Source of the DNA: Poseidonia sp.
GTDB taxonomy: Archaea > Thermoplasmatota > Poseidoniia > Poseidoniales > Poseidoniaceae
DNA: 64,000 nucleotides
Direction: 5' to 3'
Assembly: GCA_016778305.1 (NCBI GenBank)
Contig: JADHPT010000001.1
Coordinates: forward strand, 136,457 to 200,456
Below, piece by piece: positions 1 to 8,601 of this stretch. A model generated the notes under the pieces. It was not told the origin of the DNA and ran no database searches. It saw only the letters and a list, made by a program, of their open reading frames with translations. Each line of letters starts with the position of its first letter. The stretch's first letter is position 1. Position numbers and translations under genes: made by a program.

Positions 1-2390
1 CGAGGAAAGCATTGAATGGTTTATTTCTCTTGGACGTAAATTCTTCGAGTAAAATTGACTTTCCTTCAGTAAAGATCGGCTTAGCCTCATCAGGCGTGAT
101 CATGCGCTTGCACATCACGTTCTGCATTCCTCGGAAGGTACACTCTGGGTTGTCACAATTGTAGGCGCTCTTCGTAATTCGGATGGAGCCGTGGTCACAT
201 ACGGGACACGGGCACAATACTTCGTCGTCTTCACTGGTACCTCCACCAGCTCCACCTTTCGTTGTGACCTTGCCATCCTTCGATAGTACAACAGATGTTT
301 CGTATCCCTCTCCTGCTTGAGAGAAGAATCCATGGAGGTCGTCAAGGGAACCATTCGCTATCAACAATGATGCGGTGCTACGGTCAAACCAACGGCCAGA
401 GGTATCTTTCCAGAAGACAAAGGGGCAACCCTTGTTCCGTCCCTCATTATGCTCGCACTGATAGGCCAGAGTGTTTTCCATAATCGCCCCACTGCATGAA
501 GGACATTCACCGAGGCTTGGTTCTTCAAGATACAAGTTGCTTCGATCATGGTCACGAATTCGTTCAACCATTGTTTGAGTTTGTTGGATGATTTTATCCA
601 TGTAGATTTCCATTGGTTCTTCTCCTCGTTGAACAGAGAGGAGTGATGCTTCCATATCACCCGTCAATTCTGGTGAGGTGATCCATTCGACTGGAATGCG
701 GCGGAGTACGTCTATCATGCGTATTCCATGGGGTGATGCGCTGATGGTACCGTTGCGTGATCGTCGAATATAATTACGACTCAACAACTTTTCGATGGTG
801 TCGGCACGGGTTGCTGGCGTCCCCAATCCCTTTTCTTTCATAGCGTCAGCAAGTTCTTCATCATCGATGTGTTTGCCTGCATGTTCCATCAATTGAAGCA
901 AACTTGCTTCTTTAAGTCGATTTTTCGGCTTGCTTTTCTCTTCTGAGAATTCATGAGAATCGAGCGATGTGTCACAAGGGTTGCTGCTGAGGTTGCCCCA
1001 TCCCTCTGGTACTTTGTCCTTCTTTGTAACAACCGCACGCCATCCCGGTACAGCTAAACGTTCAACTTCTTTGATGAATTGATGGCCAGATTTGGTTGTG
1101 GTTCGTTTGGTGACAGTCCATTCGGCTACAGGGTGCCAAGAGGCAAGGAAATTTCTGACGATCATGTCGTACAGTTTAGCGTGGTCGCCTCCAAAATTAC
1201 CGGGAGGTATTTGGCCAGTCGGGACAATGGCATAGTGATCAGAAACTTTTGAATTATTGAAGTTCCTCTTTGCATTTGCCAAACCATCAGATTGTAAACG
1301 TGTGACATGTTCTGAGTAATGTGATTGGCTACCAAGATCGTTCAGTGTTTTGGCAACAGTCTCATGCATGTCTTCGGTAAGATACTTGGAATCGGTACGC
1401 GGGTAGGTTGTTAATTTGAATTTGTCATAGAGATCTTGTGCCACACCCAGCGTTCGTTTTGCAGACCATGACCACATACTGTTCGCCCTTTTCTGTAGGG
1501 TGGTGAGGTCGAAATTGAACGGAGGTTGTTCTTTCTTCGTGCGACTCTTTTCCTCCGTAGAGAATGGACCTTTGTCAGAGAGGGCCGCTTCGATTGTTTC
1601 CTTTTCTCTGACATCCATAATGCGATGCGCCATGTATTCAGGGCGCTCTTGGTCGTCTTTGTGACCTGTTCGCTCCCACCGAGCAGTCCAAAGAGCACCA
1701 TCTGCGGAGAAGGTTCCGTTGAGTTGCCAGTAGGGAACTGGGATGTGAGAAAGCACTTCGATTTCATGATCAACAACCAAAGCGAGTGTAGCAGTTTGAA
1801 CGCGTCCCAAAGAGTTGGCTGAACGATCTCGGTTTTGTGGTAGTCGGGTTGCAACTCGGGAACCATTCATGCCGATGATCCAATCTGCTCTTGATCGAGA
1901 GTATGCTGCATCACTTAGCGCCTGATATGTGGCGCCTGGTTGGCGGTTTTCGTATGCGTGTAGCATTGCATCATAGGTCATGGATTGCATCCACATTCGT
2001 GTCGTCGGTGTCTTTACCTTGGAGTGGGCAACGATGGTCCTGAAAATGAGTTCCCCTTCACGTGCAGCATCGCATGCATTGACGATTTCTGTAGTGGCCT
2101 TGTCTTTGAGTAGCTTCATGATCGCAGACAATTGTTTTTTTGCTCTGCCGCCCTTTGCTTTGTATTGAAAAGAATCGGGAATGTAGGGGAGTCGGTCGAT
2201 GGTATTAGGCCAATTTTTGAACTCTTTATCATAGTCGTCCATGTATTGGAGTTCAAGTAAATGTCCAATAGCCCACGTGATAATAATGTCCTCACTGAAC
2301 CAATGTGTATCCTTCTTTGTTGATATGCCAAGGACATTGGCAAGGTCTTCGGCAACACTTGGTTTCTCAGCGATGATGACGATAGACATG
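1..2390 (-). CDS. topA: DNA topoisomerase type IA (topoisomerase I/III), 3' end truncated by window edge
   Basis: Absent from the ORF track because there is no stop inside the window. Manual translation of the minus strand from ATG 2388-2390 stays open to position 1 (>790 codons). Motifs: N-terminal TOPRIM MSIVIIAEKPSVAEDLA; GRVQTATLALVVDHEIE; SAKRTLGVAQDLYDKFKLTTYPRTDS; KGLGTPATRADTIEKL; C-terminal Cys4 zinc-ribbon repeats. Confidence 0.85.
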
Positions 2391-2492
2391 TGAGTAAGGG
2401 CCGCCGACGACTCTACTTGAACCCTCCTTTGATTCTGCGATGAATGTGTTCGTTCGCTTAAATTGTATTCCTATTTGCGGTATATTCAACCT

Positions 2493-2918
2493 TCAAGAGG
2501 TATAACGAAGTCTATTTTTTGCTTCATCCCATGGTTCTTCTGAAGCAGGTCCGCCGCAGCCTAAGCAACCAGGGTAGCCTGCTTCTAGCAACTCTTTGAG
2601 TGTCAACCAAACCGTTGCCCAGGCCTTCGAAGCTTCCAAAGGGATCCAAAGGACGTCAGCAGGAGGTTCTTCTAAGCCTACGCGCATGATTTCTTCCCAT
2701 TTGTTGTTGTAAGTTTGACGCACGACCATGACATCGACATCATGAAACATTAATTCTGGAAAGTCCAATCGAGCGGGGAGTTTATCACTCATCATTCGTA
2801 ATAAATTCACGTGGTCTTCCTCAAAATTAGGAGGTGAAATCAATTGAATACCTTCTTCGGTTAAGATGCGCCTTGAAAATTCTCGAACGGCTGGCCATTT
2901 AGGGTCCGTGAGGCGCAT
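2493..2918 (-). CDS. hypothetical protein with C-terminal GCLGCGG motif
   Basis: 141-aa ORF in good coding context between topA and pyrD. No family recognised. Confidence 0.4.
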   Translation of the reverse strand: MRLTDPKWPAVREFSRRILTEEGIQLISPPNFEEDHVNLLRMMSDKLPARLDFPELMFHDVDVMVVRQTYNNKWEEIMRVGLEEPPADVLWIPLEASKAWATVWLTLKELLEAGYPGCLGCGGPASEEPWDEAKNRLRYTS

Positions 2919-2933
2919 GATTAAGCCTATACC

Positions 2934-4100
2934 ATGACAAGTTTTGAAGGCTGGCGTTCACGAGACAGCTCCATGGGCGTATTGTATCGTTGGTTGGTTC
3001 GTCCTCTCTTGCGGTTCCAGGATTCAGAAAAAGCCCATCTGCGTAGTCTACGTCTTCTTCGACTCGCTACAGCCCTCCCTCTGGGCGGTACTGTGTTGAA
3101 ATTACTCTATCATCCACGTCACAATGTGCCCGTTGATTTGTTCGGTCATACCTACAAGAATCCATTTGGCCTCGCCGCTGGCATGGATAAAAACGGTATT
3201 GCTTTGCGTGGTTGGGAACGCATTGGCTTGGGTTTCATCGAGATTGGTGGAGTCACACAACACGAACAAGAGGGAAATTCGAAACCGCGTATGTTTCGAG
3301 CAAATCAGTCCCTCGCTCTTGTGAACCGAATGGGATTCAATAACGAGGGTTCCGAAAAGATACGTCGCCGTCTTGATTCACATTTCAAGCGCCACGGTCG
3401 TCCAACTGTACCCCTTTGGGTCAATATCGGCAAATCCAAAATCACGCCGTTGGATACAGCACACGAAGATTACGCAGCTACGGTATTGGCTCTGTGGTCG
3501 TTCACAGATGTCTTTGTGATCAACGTTTCTTCTCCGAATACACCGAATTTACGAGAATTACAAAACGACGATGGATTGGTACGAATTCTTGATGCTTGCT
3601 GCGAGGTTAATCGACAACAAGCGAAGGAAAATGGAACTCAACCCAAACCTCTATTGGTCAAAGTGGCTCCGGATTTGACCAACGAACAACTCGTTCATAT
3701 CGCATTGACGGCCAAGAAGAACCATGCAGACGGTATTGTCGTTTCAAATACGACCATTGAACGACCTGAAGCCTATCATAAACAGGACGCCAAGGCATTT
3801 TCTCAGACCGGTGGATTGAGTGGTCAGCCGCTCAAACAACGTTCAACAGAGATGATAAGCCAGGTGCGACAAAGCGTCGGGAATGATTGGCCCATTGTCG
3901 GGGTTGGTGGAATCTCCTCTCCACAAGACGCCTTCGAAAAAATCAAAGCTGGTGCAACCCTTTTACAGGCATACAGTGCTTTTGTTTTTGAAGGACCCTC
4001 TCTCTCAAAGGCAATCGTCCACGGCCTCAAAGATTCATTGGATAATGAAGACTTTCTCTCTCTTCAATCCGCAGTGGGTGCAGATGAACAACCAAAGTGA
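2934..4100 (+). CDS. pyrD: dihydroorotate dehydrogenase, class 2 (quinone-dependent)
   Basis: Motifs FGLAAGMDKNG, GFIEIGGVT, NRMGFNNEG, VINVSSPNTPNLR, LLVKVAPDL, VVSNTT, GGLSG, GVGGISS, AGATLLQAY. N-terminal basic/hydrophobic extension typical of membrane-associated class 2 enzymes. Start could be the internal Met at 2973. Confidence 0.9.
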   Translation: MTSFEGWRSRDSSMGVLYRWLVRPLLRFQDSEKAHLRSLRLLRLATALPLGGTVLKLLYHPRHNVPVDLFGHTYKNPFGLAAGMDKNGIALRGWERIGLGFIEIGGVTQHEQEGNSKPRMFRANQSLALVNRMGFNNEGSEKIRRRLDSHFKRHGRPTVPLWVNIGKSKITPLDTAHEDYAATVLALWSFTDVFVINVSSPNTPNLRELQNDDGLVRILDACCEVNRQQAKENGTQPKPLLVKVAPDLTNEQLVHIALTAKKNHADGIVVSNTTIERPEAYHKQDAKAFSQTGGLSGQPLKQRSTEMISQVRQSVGNDWPIVGVGGISSPQDAFEKIKAGATLLQAYSAFVFEGPSLSKAIVHGLKDSLDNEDFLSLQSAVGADEQPK

Positions 4101-4126
4101 GAGGTTGTTAAGGGAAGGCTACGTGG

Positions 4127-4531
4127 TTGGTAATAATGTGGGCACGGCGGACAAGGATTCTGGTGATTGGCGCCATCGTCACGCTTGGACTCATGGCTAC
4201 GCTTCTTCTTCAGGCACCTGTTCCAACCACAACCGTTGATGAATTAATGACTTCACCCGAAACTCACATCGATGACGAAGTGGCCGTTCGTGGACAGGTA
4301 CTTGATGGAAGCATCGATAATGGAACCATGACCTTTGTACTCGAAGGTGAAATGTCAACTCTTGCCATACGATTTACCGATGCCTCAGTTTCCAACGGTC
4401 TTGATGATAACCGTACCGTATATGCTGAGGGAGTGCTGTTGTATGAAGATGGGGATTACATTTTGGACGCGTCAGTGATCAAAACATCTTGCCCGTCCAA
4501 ATACGAAGAAGAAGCCAATACGGAAGGCTGA
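4127..4531 (+). CDS. ccmE: cytochrome c maturation heme chaperone CcmE, archaeal CxxxY variant
   Basis: 134 aa with a single N-terminal TM helix and an OB-fold-like core. Alignable to CcmE (VAVRGQVLDGS vs VRLGGLVMPGS; ILDASVIKTSCPSKYEEE vs ILAKEVLAKHDENYTPPE). Cys replaces the heme-binding His (C-P-S-K-Y). Confidence 0.6.
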   Translation: MVIMWARRTRILVIGAIVTLGLMATLLLQAPVPTTTVDELMTSPETHIDDEVAVRGQVLDGSIDNGTMTFVLEGEMSTLAIRFTDASVSNGLDDNRTVYAEGVLLYEDGDYILDASVIKTSCPSKYEEEANTEG

Positions 4532-4548
4532 CTTGTCCCCTCGCTGAG

Positions 4549-4558
4549 TTCATATAGG
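4549..4558 (+). promoter_or_regulatory. putative TATA-like box (TTCATATAGG) about 30 nt upstream of the SRP RNA 5' end
   Basis: AT-rich TATA-like element at the distance expected for an archaeal promoter. Sequence-only inference. Confidence 0.3.
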
Positions 4559-4584
4559 CTGAAGCATCGCCGTCATATGGGATA

Positions 4585-4880
4585 GGTGGGGAGCTCGGCG
4601 TACCCTGTACCTCAAATCGTCGTTATGGTGGACTGAACGCCTTGGGGCGGCGAAAGCGGCCATTAGGTTCCCGTAGGCGGACGTTGATGTCTCGCCCCCA
4701 CATGACTCGGGTGTCATGAACTGTATCCGGAAGGAGACAGGGAGTGAATAACCGGGGGACTAGGTCAGGCCGGGAACGGAGCAGCCCTACCTGGGGCCAT
4801 GGGTGCTGTGGGGTGTCGGGATGGAGGATGCTTGCGGATTTGGCTTGATGGTACGAGCGTCCACCCTTGGCTCTCCCACC
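4585..4880 (+). ncRNA. signal recognition particle RNA (7S / SRP RNA)
   Basis: 296-nt stretch with no credible ORF. Contains the helix-8 signature GGUCAGGCCGGGAACGGAGCAGCC (GGAA tetraloop closed by C-G, AGCAGCC SRP54-binding loop). 5' GGUGGGGAGC pairs with 3' GCUC(U)CCCACC to form the terminal helix. Length matches archaeal 7S RNA. Confidence 0.7.
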
Positions 4881-5374
4881 TAAATGTCAAAAACAACATC
4901 TGCGAACCATCCAGGGCCATCAAACGAAGGTACATCCTGCCACTGGCTAGCTATTGTTTCCCCCTTTCTAACTTCAGCAACACGAAGTTCGTGGGTCGTA
5001 ACGGCCTTAATCTCAATTTCCCTTTTGACGGTATTGCCGTTAATCCATTGAACATGCGCTACCAATACGAGACCATGTTCAGTTTCCTCAACACGGACCA
5101 ATGAATCGACCAACCATTCTTGGTGTACTTCATTTCGGTACAATACTTCCTCAATCCATGCGATGAAGAGAAATGACCGATCAAAAGGAGCATGTTGGCT
5201 TGTCACCCGCCACTCTCCACTGTGCCTCACCTCAGTTTTGATATCTTCATAACTTTCAGAACTCATCAAATAATTTTGAACTCCGTGGGCAGCTTCTACA
5301 AAGAGACCGTCAAAGCTTGACGCAAATACGCGAAGACCAACATCGGCGGTGGTGGGCCAAAGCCATGAACTCAC
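4880..5374 (-). CDS. archease
   Basis: 164 aa. N-terminal TTADVGLRVF (cf. HTADIGIR) and C-terminal ADVVFDI (cf. AEVIFDI) archease signatures. Confidence 0.8.
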   Translation of the reverse strand: MSSWLWPTTADVGLRVFASSFDGLFVEAAHGVQNYLMSSESYEDIKTEVRHSGEWRVTSQHAPFDRSFLFIAWIEEVLYRNEVHQEWLVDSLVRVEETEHGLVLVAHVQWINGNTVKREIEIKAVTTHELRVAEVRKGETIASQWQDVPSFDGPGWFADVVFDI

Positions 5375-5383
5375 ATCCCCACC

Positions 5384-6445
5384 TCATCGCTTGGAAACTT
5401 GTAAATTCCATACATGTTCCCCAATGCGGTGAATGAGGTCTTCACGGCTCAAAACAAATGAGTCTGTCTGTTTTGCACCTAAGATGCATTCGCATGCGGC
5501 ATTGGCGAGTAGAGCAGTAGATTGGACGTCCAATCCGCGCGAGAGTGAAAATGCAATCGCAACAGCTGCAGCATCAATAAGCCCTATCATCTGCCGAAGG
5601 TCCAGTAGGCCACACGGTGCGTGAACTGTATCTTCGTTTTTTGAGTAAATTGTGACGCCCGCTTCACCAGATAGAACGACAAGGTGACTCCAATTATATT
5701 GAATAAGCAACTTCTCAGCGGCCTCTGCACCCGTTGCAGCACCTATTCGTCGTCGCATCAACTCCAAACCTTGGGATTGGAATAAAATCCAATCGACGCC
5801 TTCGGTACGATGCAGTCCAGTGAGTTTTGGATCTGCAATCACTGGTATGCCTCGAGTTTTTGCCTCTTGGAATAGTTGTTCAGAGCCTGTATCGGTGACG
5901 ACTCCTTGGCCATAGTCGGATGCTATCAATGCTGCAGCATCATCGAGGTTCCTGATCGCTTGTTCATACAGTGAGATTGAAGCCTCTGCGGGAACTGGGT
6001 TATCGTCCTCAATATCCCATCGCAGTAACAGTTGTTCTTCTCTGATGAGACTTTCTCTTGACGCCAGCATCCGTGTTTTAACAGTGGTCGTGCGGTCCTC
6101 AACGATGGCAATACCGTGCGTCGTTACACCTTCTGATTCAAGTGACTCTATGATGCTCAATCCAGCAGCATCATCGCCTACCACTCCAAAGAGAAGGCTC
6201 TTCATGCCCATCGAATTCAGACCCCTCGCAACGTGTGCAGCGGCACCTACATCCTCTTCACGAGAAGTTTCTCGAAGAACGGGAACGGGCGCCCTTGAGT
6301 TCAAGTTGATGGCATAACCGTGGATATAACAGTCCATCATGACATCGCCAATCAGTACGATTTTTGCTGGTTCATGCGAACGTAGGTGTTGCTTTAAATC
6401 CGATAGAATATCATGCAGGTTGGCTTCTTCATCTGTCATTCCCAT
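5384..6445 (-). CDS. PfkB/ribokinase-family sugar kinase, HldE/RfaE domain-I-like (heptose-7-phosphate kinase-like)
   Basis: 353 aa. N-terminal KIVLIGDVMMDCYIHG...RAPVPV matches the HldE kinase-domain signature. Ribokinase-fold C-terminal region present. No adenylyltransferase domain. Confidence 0.75.
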   Translation of the reverse strand: MGMTDEEANLHDILSDLKQHLRSHEPAKIVLIGDVMMDCYIHGYAINLNSRAPVPVLRETSREEDVGAAAHVARGLNSMGMKSLLFGVVGDDAAGLSIIESLESEGVTTHGIAIVEDRTTTVKTRMLASRESLIREEQLLLRWDIEDDNPVPAEASISLYEQAIRNLDDAAALIASDYGQGVVTDTGSEQLFQEAKTRGIPVIADPKLTGLHRTEGVDWILFQSQGLELMRRRIGAATGAEAAEKLLIQYNWSHLVVLSGEAGVTIYSKNEDTVHAPCGLLDLRQMIGLIDAAAVAIAFSLSRGLDVQSTALLANAACECILGAKQTDSFVLSREDLIHRIGEHVWNLQVSKR

Positions 6446-6450
6446 ATACG

Positions 6451-7506
6451 TTACCTCCTCTCATCCTTGATCGCTAAATCCTGCATGATTTGGGCGTGTT
6501 CGACCTCGGAAATGTTCAATTGTTGACGTAATGTTCTCAAAATTGCATGCTCATCAACCGTGATAATTTGGTCTTGCATTGCAGTTTTTACTGCTGCAAA
6601 ATAGGTATCATAATGCTCAGAAACAAGGGGCTGATCTCGTGCTTTGTCAAGGAGTTCTTGATGTTTGATCTGGTCGATTCCAAAAGCGATTCGAAATGTT
6701 TCCAGCAGGTCTACCTCCTCTTGTACAATTTCTCCATCGTCAAGCGCTTGCATGATCATGTCAAAGTAAACTTCCTCAGGTGGTGGTATCTTCAGTGATT
6801 TTCTCGCATCGTTTGAGAGTCTTCTTGCCCGTTCAGGGTGCATGCCAAGAAACTCAACAACTTCGTTGAGAAGGGATTGCTCATCCCGAGTGATTTTACC
6901 ATCTTCCCATGCCCTCGCAAACATACGTCGGACAAGTTCTTCTCCATATTGAGCGTCAAGTGATGCCATTCCTTCGGGATTCGAAAGAGGTGAGATCAAA
7001 GCACTATCGTGGTATTCAAGCCCTTCATCAAGATGTGATAGGAGTTCTAAAATTGGCTGGGGAGATTGCCAAAGGCTGCCGAGCAAAACCTTCGTTCCAT
7101 TATGAGTGATCTTCATTTTGAAAAACCGTTCTTTGAGGCCTATTGCATGCTTCGTACCTTTCTCGGTGAGGGTGTAAACTCGTTTTCTTTGTTTGCCGCC
7201 GGGAATATGCCGTTGTGCGACATCGATGAGCTGGCTTGATTCCATTCGCTTAAGCGTTCTCGGAATGTGCTTTCTTTGGACGTGTACTGCTGCTGAGATG
7301 CCTGCTTGAGTGAGGATGGCAGGTGCTTCCCAACCTCCACTGGGCAATTGTTGGTTAAACAAATGCAGCAAGGTTCGCTCTTCCGTGGTGAGTGTGCCGA
7401 GGTATCCGTCCACCATCCCTTTCTCCTCGTTAAGATGCAGTCTGCGATAGCACATAGGGCAATCGGTTTCGTGCGACGGAATCAAATGAATGAAATCCTT
7501 GGTCAA
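6451..7506 (-). CDS. winged-helix DNA-binding protein fused to two TerB/DjlA_N-like domains
   Basis: N-terminal wHTH (RHIPGGKQRKRVYTLTEKG). Two TerB-like repeats (KITRDEQSLLNEVVEFLGMHPERARRL; IITVDEHAILRTLRQQLNISEVEHAQIM). Confidence 0.6.
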   Translation of the reverse strand: MTKDFIHLIPSHETDCPMCYRRLHLNEEKGMVDGYLGTLTTEERTLLHLFNQQLPSGGWEAPAILTQAGISAAVHVQRKHIPRTLKRMESSQLIDVAQRHIPGGKQRKRVYTLTEKGTKHAIGLKERFFKMKITHNGTKVLLGSLWQSPQPILELLSHLDEGLEYHDSALISPLSNPEGMASLDAQYGEELVRRMFARAWEDGKITRDEQSLLNEVVEFLGMHPERARRLSNDARKSLKIPPPEEVYFDMIMQALDDGEIVQEEVDLLETFRIAFGIDQIKHQELLDKARDQPLVSEHYDTYFAAVKTAMQDQIITVDEHAILRTLRQQLNISEVEHAQIMQDLAIKDERR

Positions 7507-7509
7507 GCC

Positions 7510-8601
7510 ATGACGGGTCGACAGCGTAACTACACGCCTCGGATCCGATCGACTCGTCCGTTAGGAGGTCCTCGCACCCCTAATGCGCCTCCTGCGGCTC
7601 AACTTCCTGAACCTGTTTTACGGGATGACCTCTGGTATCTCCCACCACCGCTCTCGCAGAGATTGCATGAGAAGAGTGCACTGGGCAAACGAGCAAAAGA
7701 CGGTGGTATCTTGCTTACTCCTGAAGAAGTTCTGTTCTGCCATTGGTATCGCCATGTTCCCCTCGCCAACCCAGAAGCCTGGCTTGAGAGAGAAATGGTT
7801 CGTGATCCTGGATTGGAAGCAAAAGTGATCGCCATGGACGTTTTGAGGAACGGAGGTGAACGTGTTGTTCCAATGGACCACCTCACTGATCGCTTTCCAA
7901 CAATCTCAAATCATACGTGGGCCATACGCTTTGAACGTCATGAATCCTGGAGACAACACGGTGGATTCAGTCAAATCCGAGTTCAACGGACGCATGATGA
8001 AGTGAACTGGGAGGAATTGAACCAGTGGGTACAAAGCGTTCTTGAGAACAACCACATCCCTGAGCTTTGTGTTATCGATGACGAACTGGATGCTACAGTG
8101 TACAACCTGTCGCATGAACAACCGCACGGAGACCAGGTTCTGCTTAGCGATTTATCAGCGGAATTATACACGGATCTTGAATCCTTAATTTCACGGTCTG
8201 TTTCGGTTGAGAATGGGATGTTTGTCTCAGATGTTTCATCTTGGCCTTTGCCTGCTATCGGAATTGAGCATTTTTCTGGGCGCTTCCTTCGAAATGAGGA
8301 ACATGAGTACTTACGGAGCCTCACTAACGGTGAACAAGCAGACAACCTCTATGCCTATCTGGCAAGTCAGCGTCTCCTTCTGCGACCGGGTTTCAAATTC
8401 GGATGTCTATGGAGGGCATATGAGACCGGTATTAGCGTTGAACATGCACCCTGGTTGATTCAACCGGTCAATGAGGCTGCCAAGAATTGGGAAGGTATTT
8501 GCCTTGCCGTTCGATTGGCTGAGGGTGTCAACAAACGTTGGTTATGCGCCAGTGAATTTGAAGGGAAATGGACCTTTCTCAACATTCAGCGTTCAGGTTA
8601 A
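7510..8601 (+). CDS. endA: tRNA-splicing endonuclease, duplicated (two-unit) form
   Basis: ORF track 7306..8601 overlaps the divergent upstream gene; the conserved part begins at ATG 7510. C-terminal catalytic signature RPGFKFGCLWRAYETG...HAPWLI (cf. GFKFG.DF.VY...HS.YLV). N-terminal unit LTPEEVLFCHWY. Two repeat units. Confidence 0.75.
   Translation: MTGRQRNYTPRIRSTRPLGGPRTPNAPPAAQLPEPVLRDDLWYLPPPLSQRLHEKSALGKRAKDGGILLTPEEVLFCHWYRHVPLANPEAWLEREMVRDPGLEAKVIAMDVLRNGGERVVPMDHLTDRFPTISNHTWAIRFERHESWRQHGGFSQIRVQRTHDEVNWEELNQWVQSVLENNHIPELCVIDDELDATVYNLSHEQPHGDQVLLSDLSAELYTDLESLISRSVSVENGMFVSDVSSWPLPAIGIEHFSGRFLRNEEHEYLRSLTNGEQADNLYAYLASQRLLLRPGFKFGCLWRAYETGISVEHAPWLIQPVNEAAKNWEGICLAVRLAEGVNKRWLCASEFEGKWTFLNIQRSG

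Noticed and set aside
1411-1866. 151-aa and nearby 98-aa ORFs inside the topoisomerase region
   Set aside because: Alternative frames of the genuine edge-truncated topA gene, whose own frame is open and carries TOPRIM and TPATRA motifs.
4585-4880. Considered RNase P RNA for this structured non-coding stretch
   Set aside because: Lacks the P4 GGAAAGUCCGG-type signature. It carries the SRP helix-8 GGAA/AGCAGCC motif instead.
4799-5104. 101-aa plus-strand ORF
   Set aside because: Lies over the 3' part of the SRP RNA and antisense to archease. No coding signal.
7306-7509. 5' 200 nt of the longest endA ORF (MSEDGRCF...)
   Set aside because: Overlaps the start region of the divergent wHTH-TerB gene and carries no endonuclease similarity. 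The conserved protein starts at ATG 7510.
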